The notes under the pieces are model-generated. The model was given only the letters and a program-made list of their open reading frames with translations, made no database searches and was not told the DNA's origin. A program made the translations under genes and the position numbers. From Synechococcus sp. (GTDB lineage Bacteria; Cyanobacteriota; Cyanobacteriia; PCC-6307; Cyanobiaceae): 64,000 bases of DNA. Within the stretch, counting starts at the first letter, position 1. Each line of letters starts with the position of its first letter. Shown here piece after piece: positions 1 to 11,463 of the stretch. The stretch spans positions 1,472,136 to 1,536,135 of the forward strand of contig JBJBDC010000001.1 in the NCBI GenBank assembly GCA_047285535.1, given 5' to 3'.

Positions 1-336
1 CAAAATTTGCCGATCAATCTGAGCCGAATTAATAACACAAACAATAAGATCAAAATTATAGTTCTCTAAGAATTTTTGCACCACTAATTCATCTTCAGTA
101 AAACCCTCTAGGTCATATATTCCGGGGAGATCAACAAATTCGTATGTTTTACCGTTGTAATCAAGATTTGCCTGCATGAAATCAACAGTCAAGCCTGGCC
201 AGTTTGCAACTCCAGCATTGGCTTTAGTGACCGTATTAAAGAAAGTAGATTTGCCTGTATTTGGCTGCCCAATAAAAACAATTCGAGGGATTTTGTTTTT
301 GGCCTGGGTTGATGAGGCAGGACTAGCAACAATCAT
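1..336 (-). CDS. feoB: Ferrous iron transporter FeoB, N-terminal GTPase domain (partial, runs off the window)
   Basis: Manual translation from ATG at 336: MIVASPASSTQAKNKIPRIVFIGQPNTGKSTFFNTVTKANAGVANWPGLTVD...FVDLPGIYDL. Contains the G1 (GxPNxGKS), NWPGxTV and DLPG motifs; lies downstream of feoA. Confidence 0.93.
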   Translation of the reverse strand, partial: MIVASPASSTQAKNKIPRIVFIGQPNTGKSTFFNTVTKANAGVANWPGLTVDFMQANLDYNGKTYEFVDLPGIYDLEGFTEDELVVQKFLENYNFDLIVCVINSAQIDRQIL

Positions 337-375
337 TGAATTTGAATCAGAGAAACTGTAATTAGTTTGTAGAAT

Positions 376-633
376 TTAAGCTTTGGAGATTAAAACTAGT
401 TTCGCTTCATTTTTACGAATTGCAATTTCTGTTGTACTTCCTACGCGAACTTGATAGGGGTCCCCAGCAGGAGCTTTTCTCAAGACCTTTACTGTCTTAC
501 CTTTGCGTAAGCCCATTGCAATTAATCGATCTCTAAATCCATCTCCTAGCTGCGAGCCATCAGTAATCACCTCAACAACTGTGGCAGCACCATCTGATAC
601 ATCAAGATCACTTAATGTTAAATCTGTAGTCAT
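376..633 (-). CDS. feoA: Ferrous iron transport protein FeoA
   Basis: RLIAMGLRKG...VLRKAPAGDP...IAIRKNEA matches the FeoA pattern; adjacent to feoB. Confidence 0.92.
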   Translation of the reverse strand: MTTDLTLSDLDVSDGAATVVEVITDGSQLGDGFRDRLIAMGLRKGKTVKVLRKAPAGDPYQVRVGSTTEIAIRKNEAKLVLISKA

Positions 634-910
634 TTTGAAAAGACAATGGAATCAAAGCTTGATAATGATGAAGAGAAAGGGAATAAATTACTTCGATACC
701 ATTCAATACAGAGAATACAAAAACCCTAATCAGGTAATAATTTCAGGCAAGTAGCAATTTATAATCAAGCTTGCACTAAAAGATACATCCCAAACACCAT
801 CTTCTTAGGGAACTGTTGTTTGTTATCGTTTTTGCCGCAAAAGCAATCATTTGAGAGCTTACCTCCACAAAGCAAGCGTGTAATGTGAATTTATAAAATC
901 AAAATCAATT

Positions 911-1402
911 ATGCTTTTGCTAGAAGTTGAGATTATTATTTTACTCATTGTTCTCATCATTGCTTACTCCAGGCGATCAATAATAGTAAAGTATTTGGCC
1001 AAGCAAAGATATGAACACGCGGCAAAAAAAGCAATTAATGCTTTCAAAAAGTTAGATGATAGCGGTGGGCAAACTGCCGTATTTAATCACTTGATCAAAC
1101 AGGGGCATATCATTAGGTCCAAAAGAAGGGTGGGTAAGTTTTATATGATTCCCAATTTTGAGGTTAATGGGGAAAAGCAAGATATTTTGCTCCGAATGTC
1201 AGACAATAGCGAGCCATTCTGGGTCGCTATTGCCGCTTTATACAAAGCGGCAATCAAAGATAATTATTTCAACCCTGATCTTTCCATTCCAAATCTATGG
1301 AGTGAAGAATTTGATCAGCTATACATCCACTGGCGCAATAATTTTCACGCAAACTTGTTTTATTCAAGTCCTCAAAATATCTGGGTTGAGAATAACACTT
1401 AA
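911..1402 (+). CDS. Hypothetical protein with N-terminal transmembrane anchor
   Basis: 163-aa ATG ORF in an AT-rich region; hydrophobic N-terminus followed by basic residues. Confidence 0.65.
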   Translation: MLLLEVEIIILLIVLIIAYSRRSIIVKYLAKQRYEHAAKKAINAFKKLDDSGGQTAVFNHLIKQGHIIRSKRRVGKFYMIPNFEVNGEKQDILLRMSDNSEPFWVAIAALYKAAIKDNYFNPDLSIPNLWSEEFDQLYIHWRNNFHANLFYSSPQNIWVENNT

Positions 1403-1658
1403 ATCAATCCCATAACGCTAAATCTAGCTCTATACTGGAAATTATCAATATGATTGCCATTTAAGCATTTGGACCCATGTTGAATTACCCTTATGAATAA
1501 AACAAAAAGCTGTTCGACCTGTTCAGGCCTGGCAGACAATGATTGAATTCCTTTAGAAACAACTACATGCTTGCAACTTGCAAAACAATAGCCACGTAAA
1601 ATAGATCTTTATTTGGAGAAGCACTATTTCATTGATCAAGACGCTACGAACCATTGCT

Positions 1659-4600
1659 TTATTGACTTGACATGGCGCGTCCCCAGCCGCCTCCACCAGG
1701 AGTTGCAATCCAGAGTCGATCATTCATCTGAACCTTCTGTTCAAAACATGCAGGTTTTTGCTGCCATGGACCTCCAGCTTCACTCATCCAAGTGACTCCC
1801 ACTGCTCCTGATTCTCCACCAGCCAAACCAAACGGTGCCACCCTTCGAGACCCTGACAACAAAGCCACCGTCATAGGAGCAAGGAATCGGATCTGACGCT
1901 CAAGCCCATCACCACCTGACCAGCGTCCCTTGCCTCCACTGCCACGGCGAACCTGAAAACGTTCCAATCGCACTGGAAATCGTTGCTCAAGGATTTCTGG
2001 ATCAGTGAGTCTTGAATTAGTCATGTGGATCTGAACTCCCGTAGATCCGTTAAAACCCTGTCCAGCTCCTCCACCTCCAGTAATCGTTTCGTAATACTGA
2101 GAGGATTCATCCCCAAAGGTGAGGTTATTCATGGTTCCCTGCGATGAAGCCATCACACCCATGACGGCAAATAAGAGGTTGCAAAGCGCCTGAGAAGTTT
2201 CCACATTGCCAGCAACAACAGCAGCCGGAGGTAAAGGATTGAGCAGCGAACCTGGTGGAACCACCAAAGTTAACGGCTCAAAACAGCCTGAATTCAGGGG
2301 TATCGACTCATCGACCAAACAGCGCAGCACATACAAAACCGCGGCTTTGGTAACCGCCAACGGGGCATGAAAGTTGTGCTCTCCCTGAGAACTGGTTCCC
2401 GAGAAGTCCAAGCAAGCAGTTCGTGCCTTGAGATCTACGCGCAAAGCAAGTTCCAAACGGGCGCCATGATCAAGCTCCACGATGCAATGGTGATCAGCCA
2501 ATCGACTGATCAATCGACGAACCGTTTCAGCCGCATGGTCTTGAACAAAACGCATGTAGCTACTCACGCGCAAGGGGCCTTCACGATCCATCAGCTGTTC
2601 AAGATGATCAACTCCGAGGCGATTGGCCGCTACCTGAGCCTGCAAGTCCGCCCAAAGGACTTCTGGGGAGCGGGGGGGCTGACGCTCTCCTCTCAATAGT
2701 TCATGCCAACCTTGCACATTCAAGACGCCTCCGCGCAGAAGCGGCCAGTTGCGTAGACGAAGGCCCTCATCATCAATCGTTCGACTGAAGGGAGGCATGG
2801 AGCCAGGCGTTAATCCCCCAACATCGGAATGATGTCCGCGACAGGCGACGTAGTAGTGAGGTCTTTCGCCATCCCCAAACACTGGTGTAATTGCCGTGAT
2901 GTCTGGCAGATGGGTCCCTCCGTGATAGGGATCATTGCTGAGCACTGTTTCACCGGGTTCCAGCGGCGGGCGCTCACCCCGCTGAATCTGTAGAAGCAGG
3001 TCAACCACCGACTCACCCATTGAGCCCAAATGAACGGGAATATGGGGAGCATTGGCGACCAGTCCACCGTCGCGATCAAACAAAGCGCAAGAAAAGTCCA
3101 GTCGCTCACGGATATTGACGGAGCGACTGGACTGCCGAAGCCGCTCTCCCATCTGTTCAGCAATCACCATGAAGCGGTGATGAAACAAGCTGAGGTCCAC
3201 CGGATCTGGAGCTTGAATAAATTGATGCCTATCTGAAATCTGAGCAGGGGGCTGAGCTCCAGTCAGGAGCAAACTTCCAGAGCTCTCGCACTGTGCCGAC
3301 CAACCAGGCTCGAGCACAGTGCAACCTGTGGAATCAATGATCAAGGCTGGGCCATGCAGAGGCTGAATCAAGGGAAGCTCCCGGCGCTGCACCACAGGAA
3401 CGTCTTTCCAACCAAGCCCAGGCCAGTGACTGGTGGCAGTTTTGCTAACAGCAGCAGACATCAACAATGACGCTGATGCGATCTGGCTATCGTCTGCAAT
3501 CTCCTGCGATGTAGTGAATACTTCGATTTCCAACCGCTCAAGCATCAAAGGTGAGGTCCTTAGAGGCGAATAGCCAAAGCGCTTGCGGTGAGCAGCATCA
3601 AAATCTCGTTCCAACTGCGTGATCTGCAGAGTTGAGTTGTTCTCTGCAATCGAGATCAGCAATCCCTGCTCGGAGTCAACATCCCGAAGTTCCAGCCGAA
3701 TGCAATGCTCAAATTGGGACGCATTCGATGCACCTGCTTCCTTCAGCTGCTCTTCTGCGGACGTCATCTCCTGATGAATGATGTCGGGAAGGCTCGCCAA
3801 CAATTTCGCCTCAAGAGTCTTCCTCACAGCGATTTGACGCCATTCGCGCAGGCTTGCCTGACCTATGCCGAAGGCCGACAACACTCCAGCGAGTGGATGA
3901 ATCAGGACCTTGCGAAGACCCAGCGCCCCTGCGACTCGACAAGCCAATTGTCCTGCCGCTCCGCCATAGGCCACAAGCACTCCACCACGAATGTCATGGC
4001 CTCGAAAGAGAGAAACCTGCTGGATTGCACCAGCCATCGTTTCCACAGCTAATTCAAGAGCTCCCTCCGCAAGCGCCTCAGGCTCGCAATCCAGTCGGCA
4101 AGAAAGCTCATGGAAGCGATGCCGCACGATCTCCAGATCCGGGCCTAAGTCCGCTGAAGGGCCAAAGACAAGCGGAAACGCCTCCACCTGTAAACGACCT
4201 AGAAAAAGATGGGCGTCTGTAATTGTCAAAGGGCCGCCGCGGCGGTAACAAGCGGGGCCAGGGTCTGCTCCGGCGGAGCGAGGGCCTACCTGCAAACGAC
4301 CACCCTCAGTGAAAATAATCGAGCCCCCGCCCGCGGCGACGGTATGGATCGGGAGTCGTGATGCCGAAAGTTCTAAGCCTGCAATTTTAGTTTCAGAGCT
4401 TCGCTCCCAGTTCCTATCGGAGGCTCCCGCGGGTAAGCAGAACACATCCGTGCTGGTGCCTCCCATGTCCACACCAACAATGGCCTGCAGGCCAAATCCA
4501 GCAGACTCGGCGGCAGCCACCGCCCCGACCATTCCTCCAGCAGGCCCAGAGAGGATCGTGTCCTTCGCTAAGAGCTTCTCAGGACATTGCAAGGCCCCAC

Positions 4601-5324
4601 TCGAAGTCATCACACGCAGCCGTGTCTGACCTCCGAGAGCCTTTCGCACTTGTTCGAGGTAACCAAAGAACACCTGTTCGACGGCCGCCTCAACGACAGC
4701 GGTCTGAGCCCGGGGGACTAACCGAGGCAAAGGACTGACCTGATGGGAACAAACCACCGTGGAAAAACCAATCTTTTTCGCCAAATCAGCGAGCTGCCTC
4801 TCATGGCGCGGCTCACGCCACGCATGCATCAGGGCAATGGCACAAGCGCTGATGCCAGAACGTCGATAGGCGTGCAGCTTCTCCTCCAGCAGTGCGTCGA
4901 CGCAGAGGGGTTCCACTTCCTCGCCAGCTGCATTCAATCTCCCACCCGTTTCAAGATGCGCTGCAGCAAGTGACTTGGGCAGGGGAATCTCCAGTGCAAA
5001 AAGATCAGGTCGATGCTGATCACCAATCAACAGCAAATCAGCCATCCCCTGATTGGTCATTAACAAAACCGGGGTCCCAGCACCCTCCAGCAGGGCGTTT
5101 GTAGCCACTGTTGTCCCTAACCGAACCTCCTGGATCAAACACGAAGGGATCGGCACCTCAGGAGGCAAACACAACACCTCTCGGATGGCTCCAACAGCTG
5201 GATCACCAAGATCGAGCGATTGCTCTGAAAGCACCTTGCGCACTACAAGCTGACCGCTAGGTCCCACACCAACAAGATCTGTAAACGTTCCCCCACGGTC
5301 AATCCAAAATCGCCAATGGTTCAC
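1659..5324 (-). CDS. oplaH: 5-oxoprolinase / hydantoinase A+B fusion
   Basis: [52 protein letters not shown] and [11 protein letters not shown] motifs. Confidence 0.93.
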   Translation of the reverse strand: MNHWRFWIDRGGTFTDLVGVGPSGQLVVRKVLSEQSLDLGDPAVGAIREVLCLPPEVPIPSCLIQEVRLGTTVATNALLEGAGTPVLLMTNQGMADLLLIGDQHRPDLFALEIPLPKSLAAAHLETGGRLNAAGEEVEPLCVDALLEEKLHAYRRSGISACAIALMHAWREPRHERQLADLAKKIGFSTVVCSHQVSPLPRLVPRAQTAVVEAAVEQVFFGYLEQVRKALGGQTRLRVMTSSGALQCPEKLLAKDTILSGPAGGMVGAVAAAESAGFGLQAIVGVDMGGTSTDVFCLPAGASDRNWERSSETKIAGLELSASRLPIHTVAAGGGSIIFTEGGRLQVGPRSAGADPGPACYRRGGPLTITDAHLFLGRLQVEAFPLVFGPSADLGPDLEIVRHRFHELSCRLDCEPEALAEGALELAVETMAGAIQQVSLFRGHDIRGGVLVAYGGAAGQLACRVAGALGLRKVLIHPLAGVLSAFGIGQASLREWRQIAVRKTLEAKLLASLPDIIHQEMTSAEEQLKEAGASNASQFEHCIRLELRDVDSEQGLLISIAENNSTLQITQLERDFDAAHRKRFGYSPLRTSPLMLERLEIEVFTTSQEIADDSQIASASLLMSAAVSKTATSHWPGLGWKDVPVVQRRELPLIQPLHGPALIIDSTGCTVLEPGWSAQCESSGSLLLTGAQPPAQISDRHQFIQAPDPVDLSLFHHRFMVIAEQMGERLRQSSRSVNIRERLDFSCALFDRDGGLVANAPHIPVHLGSMGESVVDLLLQIQRGERPPLEPGETVLSNDPYHGGTHLPDITAITPVFGDGERPHYYVACRGHHSDVGGLTPGSMPPFSRTIDDEGLRLRNWPLLRGGVLNVQGWHELLRGERQPPRSPEVLWADLQAQVAANRLGVDHLEQLMDREGPLRVSSYMRFVQDHAAETVRRLISRLADHHCIVELDHGARLELALRVDLKARTACLDFSGTSSQGEHNFHAPLAVTKAAVLYVLRCLVDESIPLNSGCFEPLTLVVPPGSLLNPLPPAAVVAGNVETSQALCNLLFAVMGVMASSQGTMNNLTFGDESSQYYETITGGGGAGQGFNGSTGVQIHMTNSRLTDPEILEQRFPVRLERFQVRRGSGGKGRWSGGDGLERQIRFLAPMTVALLSGSRRVAPFGLAGGESGAVGVTWMSEAGGPWQQKPACFEQKVQMNDRLWIATPGGGGWGRAMSSQ

Positions 5325-6088
5325 CGTCCTTCCTCGCCCAGTGCTTCCTCACCCAGTGCTGCATCGTCCACCCACAACCAGAGTCTTGGGTGACGCTGTA
5401 ACCAACTGGCCGGCACCTCTGGATCATCATCACGATCCAAGGCCTTACGGAGGATTCCAGCCTTGAGTGCACCTGTGACGATCAGGTGCAGTTCCTTTGC
5501 CGCCAAGATTTCTTGCATGCCAAGAGTGATGGCGGCCTGGGGCACCAAGGTAGGAATCCCATCAAAAGCAGGAGCGTTTTGAGTTCGTGTGGTGGAGCTC
5601 AGTTTGACTACACGACAGCGCTCATCAGGACCACATGGGGGTTCATTGAATCCCACATGGCCATTGCGGCCCAATCCCAACAGCTGCAATCCAATCCCCC
5701 CTGATGCACTTAGAGCTGAGGAATAGCGCTCAGCGGCCACTTCAGGATCTGTAGCCGTTCCATCTGGCAACAACACCTGATTCGAATCAAGCCCTAGAGG
5801 TCGCACTAAGTGCTGTTCCATAAATGCAGCAAAGGAGCTGGGATGGAGAGGAGGCAAACCCACATACTCATCGAGGTTGAAACTGATCCAGCGCTGACGC
5901 AAAAGCTGCAAACGGTCCTTAGGCCATGCAGACAGGCGAGCCACCAAGGCGGCATAGAGAGGCTCCATGGTCCTTCCTGTCGCCAGACCAAGGGGCCGAA
6001 ACTCTCTTTGTTCCAGAAAATTCAGGAATCGATGCTCAAGATGATCAACAACAGCCTCCATAAGCTGCTCGGGATTGAGCCTGCGCAC
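5321..6088 (-). CDS. nagB: Glucosamine-6-phosphate deaminase
   Basis: LGLATGRT, FNLDEYVG and GRNGHVGFNEP motifs. Confidence 0.9.
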   Translation of the reverse strand: MRRLNPEQLMEAVVDHLEHRFLNFLEQREFRPLGLATGRTMEPLYAALVARLSAWPKDRLQLLRQRWISFNLDEYVGLPPLHPSSFAAFMEQHLVRPLGLDSNQVLLPDGTATDPEVAAERYSSALSASGGIGLQLLGLGRNGHVGFNEPPCGPDERCRVVKLSSTTRTQNAPAFDGIPTLVPQAAITLGMQEILAAKELHLIVTGALKAGILRKALDRDDDPEVPASWLQRHPRLWLWVDDAALGEEALGEEGR

Positions 6089-6136
6089 GATGGTGATCGT
6101 GTCCGGGATTTTGAGAACGATGAAAGGTCATAGACA

Positions 6137-7573
6137 TCAACCCCAACAGGCTGACTCTGATCGCAGACCAAGCGCCACAGTTGGGTCATCACTGGAGCGA
6201 TAGGGACGAATCTCAGCACCTCGGTAGTAATGCAAAAGGATCTGACGAAAATCAGCGCCCTGAAGAGCCAGACCATGAGCCCCCCACTGACTCATCCCGA
6301 CCCCATGCCCGAATCCTTGTCCCCGAGCTTCCAGAACCATCTCCTCCGAGTTGAGACCTGAACGCGACTGGATGACATCTGAAGTTTTGACACGTGGAAG
6401 AGGAGGAGGAGCCACCGGCAGATCTAAGGCAAGATCTGCTTGCAAGGGACCACTAGCAGAGTCCTGCCAAAGACCAATTAAAGGAGGTTTCCCTAATTGG
6501 TGAGCTCTTGGATCCTCAAACGAGTCAATTGAATGATTCATCAATCGAGCGCTGGATGGATCAGTAGCGCTATTGATCAACTTGAATTGAACCATCGTGC
6601 TTTTCAGTCCGAGACGCTGACGAAGCTCCCTACCTGTTAAAAGCAGAGAACCACGAGGGCCCTGCACACGCGCCGATCGCACCCGACCGGTTGAACTGGT
6701 TTTGAGCACCTGCAAGCGCTTCACCCCTCCCGTTTCACGAAAGAGATCACGCAGCTCATCGTCATCAAAACGTTGATTCCAACGATGCACAGGACTGTGC
6801 TGATCATGATCCGCAACACTGACCAAATAAGGGAGTTGATGGCGCCAGACCTCACCACTGGGCTCTGTCTTCCCTCCCGAGCTGCTGTGAAAGACCGCGT
6901 TAATCAGCCGGCCAGCATGCACCAGCACAAGTGAACGTGTGCTTTGCACAGCCTTGATGGTACTGGGCGTTTCGGATTCAACCCCGCGGTAAACCTGGCT
7001 GGCGACGGTGGCCTTAACATCAAAATCTCCAGCCTTGCCGCGTTGGCGAAGGGCATACGTTCGCGCGGCAACCGCCTGGGCTTGCAATGCAGGCAAGGGC
7101 CACTGATGAGGCATTTCACTGCCCACAACACTGGCCAAATAGGTTTCAATCCCAAGGTGATTCACAACCTGCACCTGACCGTTACGCATCAGAAATTTCA
7201 ACCTGCCGCGATAGCGACGAGGACCAAGCCAGATGCCTCGGGGATCGTCACTATGGACCTCGATCGCTGAGCGAGATGACGTTCGGCGAGACGATCCATT
7301 GCTCATTTGACCGCTGATCCACAGACGTCCATCACGCAAACTCACCTCCATGGAGCGCATGCGCTGGTCGGTGCCGCCAACACCCCTGACCAGAAATGTC
7401 TGATCGCCATCAGCTCGAAGACGAACCACTCGGGCCTTTGACAGCAACACCCGCATAGACGGCTCCTGTTCAGCCTGTACAGCCCGCTGATCAAAGCTGA
7501 CTGCCGCCATAGCCATTGGGATGGTCAAGGCTGAGGTCAGCACAGGGAGGAACGCTGAAGCAGGAAAGACCAC
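6137..7573 (-). CDS. SpoIID/LytB domain protein (lytic transglycosylase-like)
   Basis: YLASVVGSEMP, ALQAQAVAARTYA, QVYRG, FHSSSGG and GFGHGVGMSQWGA motifs. Confidence 0.9.
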   Translation of the reverse strand: MVFPASAFLPVLTSALTIPMAMAAVSFDQRAVQAEQEPSMRVLLSKARVVRLRADGDQTFLVRGVGGTDQRMRSMEVSLRDGRLWISGQMSNGSSRRTSSRSAIEVHSDDPRGIWLGPRRYRGRLKFLMRNGQVQVVNHLGIETYLASVVGSEMPHQWPLPALQAQAVAARTYALRQRGKAGDFDVKATVASQVYRGVESETPSTIKAVQSTRSLVLVHAGRLINAVFHSSSGGKTEPSGEVWRHQLPYLVSVADHDQHSPVHRWNQRFDDDELRDLFRETGGVKRLQVLKTSSTGRVRSARVQGPRGSLLLTGRELRQRLGLKSTMVQFKLINSATDPSSARLMNHSIDSFEDPRAHQLGKPPLIGLWQDSASGPLQADLALDLPVAPPPLPRVKTSDVIQSRSGLNSEEMVLEARGQGFGHGVGMSQWGAHGLALQGADFRQILLHYYRGAEIRPYRSSDDPTVALGLRSESACWG

Positions 7574-7664
7574 TGCGAGCTGAGACCAGGCAGCTCAGTG
7601 TGCCCTGATGATTCGGAGGCCGCTAGGTCCCCATGGCAGATTTGATGACTTAGCGCGTTGAGAC

Positions 7665-8609
7665 GTGCAGGTCACCTTTCTTGGAACCAGTTCAGGCGTG
7701 CCTACTCGGTGCCGAAACGTTTCGGCTGTGGCACTGCGATTGCCTCAGCGATCGGAACTTTGGTTGTTTGACTGCGGGGAAGGAACGCAGCACCAGTTTT
7801 TGCGAAGCGATTTGCGTCTCTCCCAACTGAGGAGGGTGTTTATCACCCATATGCATGGCGACCATGTCTTCGGACTCCCTGGCCTTCTGGCCAGTCTGGG
7901 TCTAGGGGGAACGAGCAAAGGTGTGGACTTGTACGGCCCGGATCCCCTGGATTCCTACCTTCAAGGAGTTTTTCGGACAAGCTCCACCCGCATCGGCTAT
8001 CCGCTAGCCATCCATCGCGTGCGCGAAGCTGCCGAAAAGAAAACGGTTGTTTTCGAAGACGAGGATCTGATCGTTACGGCGGTCCCCCTCCATCATCGAG
8101 TTCCGGCCTACGCCTACCGGGCCGAACAAAGACCGAGAGCGGGTCGCTTTGATGTTGAGAAGGCACGACAACTCAAGATTCCACCAGGGCCTGTCTATGC
8201 CGCGCTGAAACGAGGAGAATCCGTGACGCTTGAGGACGGACGCACGATCGATGGTCGAGCCCTCTGCGGCCCCAAACAGCCTGGCGTCAGCGTCGTTTAT
8301 TGCACCGATACCGTTTTTTGCGAAGCAGCGGTGCAGCTGGCGCAAGGAGCCAATCTGCTGATCCATGAGTCGACCTTCTCCCATGCCGAAGCAGAGATGG
8401 CTTTCAAGCGGCAGCACTCAACGAGCACCATGGCCGCGCAAACCGCTGCAGAGGCCGGAGTCAAACAGTTAGCTCTGACCCATCTCAGTCCGCGTTATGC
8501 CCCTGGGAACCCAGTCAGCGCAGACGATCTACTTGCCGAGGCCCGCGCCATTTTCCCAGCCACAATCTTGGCCAAGGATTTCCTCAATCTGGACGTGAAT
8601 GCCTCTTGA
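7665..8609 (+). CDS. rnz: Ribonuclease Z
   Basis: [18 protein letters not shown] and HMHGDH metallo-beta-lactamase motifs. Confidence 0.95.
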   Translation: MQVTFLGTSSGVPTRCRNVSAVALRLPQRSELWLFDCGEGTQHQFLRSDLRLSQLRRVFITHMHGDHVFGLPGLLASLGLGGTSKGVDLYGPDPLDSYLQGVFRTSSTRIGYPLAIHRVREAAEKKTVVFEDEDLIVTAVPLHHRVPAYAYRAEQRPRAGRFDVEKARQLKIPPGPVYAALKRGESVTLEDGRTIDGRALCGPKQPGVSVVYCTDTVFCEAAVQLAQGANLLIHESTFSHAEAEMAFKRQHSTSTMAAQTAAEAGVKQLALTHLSPRYAPGNPVSADDLLAEARAIFPATILAKDFLNLDVNAS

Positions 8610-8726
8610 TGAGCGGGAGCGCGCTGCAACAGTTCGTGATCACTAGACCCCCTAGGGCCTCATCCTCATCCCACCCCGTGATACAAGGACTTGGTGCGCT
8701 GTCTACGTCAGTCTCTGACATCTTTC

Positions 8727-9239
8727 ATGGCCTCTTTTTTCTCCACATTGCGTCGATCATTGAATCGACTGCTGATCGCCCTGCCAGTGCTGCTTGGACT
8801 GTTGATCAGTGCCCCCGCCCAGGCCGCCCAGTGGGATGCCGAGATCCTCACGGTGCCAGCTGACGGCGATGGCACCCTGGTCACCTTCAGTGAACAGGAA
8901 ATCAAGACAGGGCGGAAGGTGTTCAACGTCAGCTGCGGCACCTGCCACGCCGGCGGCATCACCAAAACCAACCAGAATGTGGGCTTGGATACTGAAACGC
9001 TTGCCCTGGCCACACCAGCCCGTGACAACGTTGCGTCTCTCGTGGATTACCTGCAAGACCCCACGTCCTATGACGGGGAATACAGCATCGCCGACTTGCA
9101 TCCCAGCATGCGCAGCCGCGATCTCTATCCCGCCATGCGCGATCTCACCGATGAGGATCTTCGCTTGATGTCTGGATACATCCTTGTAGCCCCCAAAGTC
9201 TTGGGTGTTGAATGGGGCGGCGGGAAAATTTACTTCTAA
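8727..9239 (+). CDS. psbV: Photosystem II cytochrome c550
   Basis: Signal peptide, CGTCH heme motif, YDGE, C-terminal WGGGKIYF. ATG at 8727 chosen as start. Confidence 0.95.
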   Translation: MASFFSTLRRSLNRLLIALPVLLGLLISAPAQAAQWDAEILTVPADGDGTLVTFSEQEIKTGRKVFNVSCGTCHAGGITKTNQNVGLDTETLALATPARDNVASLVDYLQDPTSYDGEYSIADLHPSMRSRDLYPAMRDLTDEDLRLMSGYILVAPKVLGVEWGGGKIYF

Positions 9240-9279
9240 TCTTTTGATTAGATAATCACTCCACACAAAGAATCGGCCG

Positions 9280-9311
9280 AGGGCCTTAGGACAACCTGAG
9301 GCCCTTTATTT
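9280..9311 (+). terminator. Intrinsic terminator after psbV
   Basis: AGGGCCTTAGG-ACAA-CCTGAGGCCCT hairpin followed by TTATTT. Confidence 0.7.
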
Positions 9312-9536
9312 ATGCATCGATAACGCATGTCAGCCAGCGACAAAAGCATCCCGAAGCTTGAGCCGAATATTTCCAACAACGAGACCAACCAAAGACTAAA
9401 ACGACAAGCCGATAAACACATATCAACCTACTTTAAACAAAATGTTACCACCTTGCGAAACAAAAATTTTAATCAGACTGCCTAACAATTCAAGATAAAT
9501 TAACTCCAGCAAAAGAAATTTGGAGTCTCTTCAACA

Positions 9537-10442
9537 ATGCTGTCTTCCACGTCAGTCATCACAAGCTTTGGCGGTGAACGCGAGACGAAGCCTTCTATCT
9601 CATTCAAGAGTGGACAGACTCAATCATCCAAGTCCGCAGCACTTAGCAATAGCGAATTCCAGCGAAGACAGTGCGAGGGAATGAAACTAGCGATCGGCCC
9701 TCGCCTGCACGATCAATGCGGGACCAAAGTCACTTTCGAGGAATTTCCAGACATCTCTCAGGAGGCACTAGAAAACGCGATAAGCGCTGCCTATCAACAC
9801 GTCTATGGCAATGCACATGTCATGGACAATGAGAGATCCACGTCTCTTGAAGCACAATTAAGAGATGGTCGCATTTCGATTCAAGATTTCGTGCGTGGGC
9901 TCGCAAAATCCGATTTCTACAAGAAAAACTTTTACGACACATGCTCACCAGAAAGAACGATTGAGCTTGATCTCAAACATCTTTTAGGCAGAACACCTCA
10001 TGATCAACGAGAGGTTGCGGAATACATTCAAATCCAAGCATCAAAAGGGCATAATGCTGTGATTGATTCAATAATTGACTCAGCTGAATATTCAGAAACC
10101 TTTGGACGGCACACTGTTCCCTACATGAGATCCTGGCTTTCGCAAGCAGGCACAGCCCAAGCGGCCTTCAACAGAACTGCTGCGATCTGCCTTGGATATG
10201 CATACAGCGACAAAGCTATCGGAATCAGCTCAACGCTAAGCAACGGCTTAAAAACAGGTCACGCCGATAGTATTGCGTTCCCGCATGCGTCAAAACTAAA
10301 TTTCAGGGGATCAAGCTTAATCCTCAAGGGAGGGAAGCCACCTGTATTGGTCAGCAAACTCGGCACGATTTTAACGATTGCCTGTTTAATCGAAGTGAGC
10401 AGAATCATTCTCACGATTGCAGCAAGCGCTATAACTTCTTAA
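9537..10442 (+). CDS. Phycoerythrin-II-associated rod linker (MpeC/E/F/G-like) with hydrophobic C-terminus
   Basis: RRQCEGMKLAIGPRL (Mpe-type chromophore Cys context); linker domain AAYQHVYGN...FVRGLAKS...KHLLGR...SAEYSETFG...VPY. Confidence 0.85.
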   Translation: MLSSTSVITSFGGERETKPSISFKSGQTQSSKSAALSNSEFQRRQCEGMKLAIGPRLHDQCGTKVTFEEFPDISQEALENAISAAYQHVYGNAHVMDNERSTSLEAQLRDGRISIQDFVRGLAKSDFYKKNFYDTCSPERTIELDLKHLLGRTPHDQREVAEYIQIQASKGHNAVIDSIIDSAEYSETFGRHTVPYMRSWLSQAGTAQAAFNRTAAICLGYAYSDKAIGISSTLSNGLKTGHADSIAFPHASKLNFRGSSLILKGGKPPVLVSKLGTILTIACLIEVSRIILTIAASAITS

Positions 10443-10457
10443 TCGGTTTTTCGAAAT

Positions 10458-10488
10458 ATAGGCCCTGGACAAAGCCTCCAGGGCCTAT
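10458..10488 (+). terminator. Perfect 12-bp hairpin after the linker gene (terminator or stabiliser)
   Basis: ATAGGCCCTGGA-N7-TCCAGGGCCTAT; no clear U-tract. Confidence 0.55.
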
Positions 10489-10860
10489 GATCTCCACAAA
10501 AAGTTAATTCTCAATAGCACATCAGTCTTAAAAGAAGAGGCTCTATAGACAAAGCAAAGAGCCTAGATTATTTCAATGTGGGGAGTCTCTTCGATGCGAG
10601 CTTTTTGCATATTTGCACTCGCAAGGGTATTCAAGCAAAACAAAAGCCTGGAGAGTCTTCAATCGCATCAGCAGATCCCAGCTTTTATCGCTGACCAATT
10701 TAGAAGAGGTCAATAAAGACTCAGGCAAGAGAATTCCACCGAGCTCGAAGCAAAAAGAATGGAAGCACTGACCTGGTAAAATCCTCCAAATCACTCAATC
10801 AAGTTACGTAAAAATATTTATGAGACTTTAAGAGTGGTTGGGTTCTACAGCACTAAATCC

Positions 10861-11154
10861 ATGGCGAAAGGTTTCTGGATTCTTACAGGCAACATTCACA
10901 CTCCTCTTGGGATGGTTCCCTATATTAAGCAATTCACCTCTTGGCTCCCAAAAGTTGGGGCTCGGATGCTCGTTCGCGATCTTCAGGGTGATGTACGCGA
11001 AGGAGCACCAGGCTCAGTCAATATTATTGTTGAATTCAACTCAAAAGAGGATGCCGTCACTGCTTATGAGTCGAAAGAATACCAAGAACTGATTGATTTA
11101 AGAACTCAACATTCAGATCTTAACCTCACCATTACAGAAGAACTTATTGACTAA
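10861..11154 (+). CDS. DUF1330 domain protein
   Basis: MAKGFWI...GARMLVR...REG...IIVEFNSKEDAVTAYESKEYQELIDLR pattern. Confidence 0.85.
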   Translation: MAKGFWILTGNIHTPLGMVPYIKQFTSWLPKVGARMLVRDLQGDVREGAPGSVNIIVEFNSKEDAVTAYESKEYQELIDLRTQHSDLNLTITEELID

Positions 11155-11463
11155 AAGAAGCTTCAAGCGAATCAAATTTCTTATTTAAGACATCGCTTCT
11201 TTCCAATTCAGCTCAAGAGATGCAACCAAGCACGCTCACTGACCATACTCAAAAAGCCTATTGAAACTTGACCTCTTCTATCATCCTCCAAGAGGATTCA
11301 CGCCCTAAGCAATTCAGAGTGAATTTCCAAAAGACCTTATGCCATTGCATTGGAGTGATGTCTTCATGCTCTCTTTGCGATCCAGCAAGCATTTCTCGAA
11401 TCAACTAAGTTTGATCTCATTGCATCCAGCCAACGAATCAAACCTTGGTTGGGCCTCCAACTT

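Noticed and set aside
176..361. 61-aa plus-strand ORF
   Set aside because: It is the antisense shadow of feoB.
10573..10794. 73-aa minus-strand ORF and short plus-strand frames
   Set aside because: No recognisable motif or supporting signals; cannot support it as a gene.
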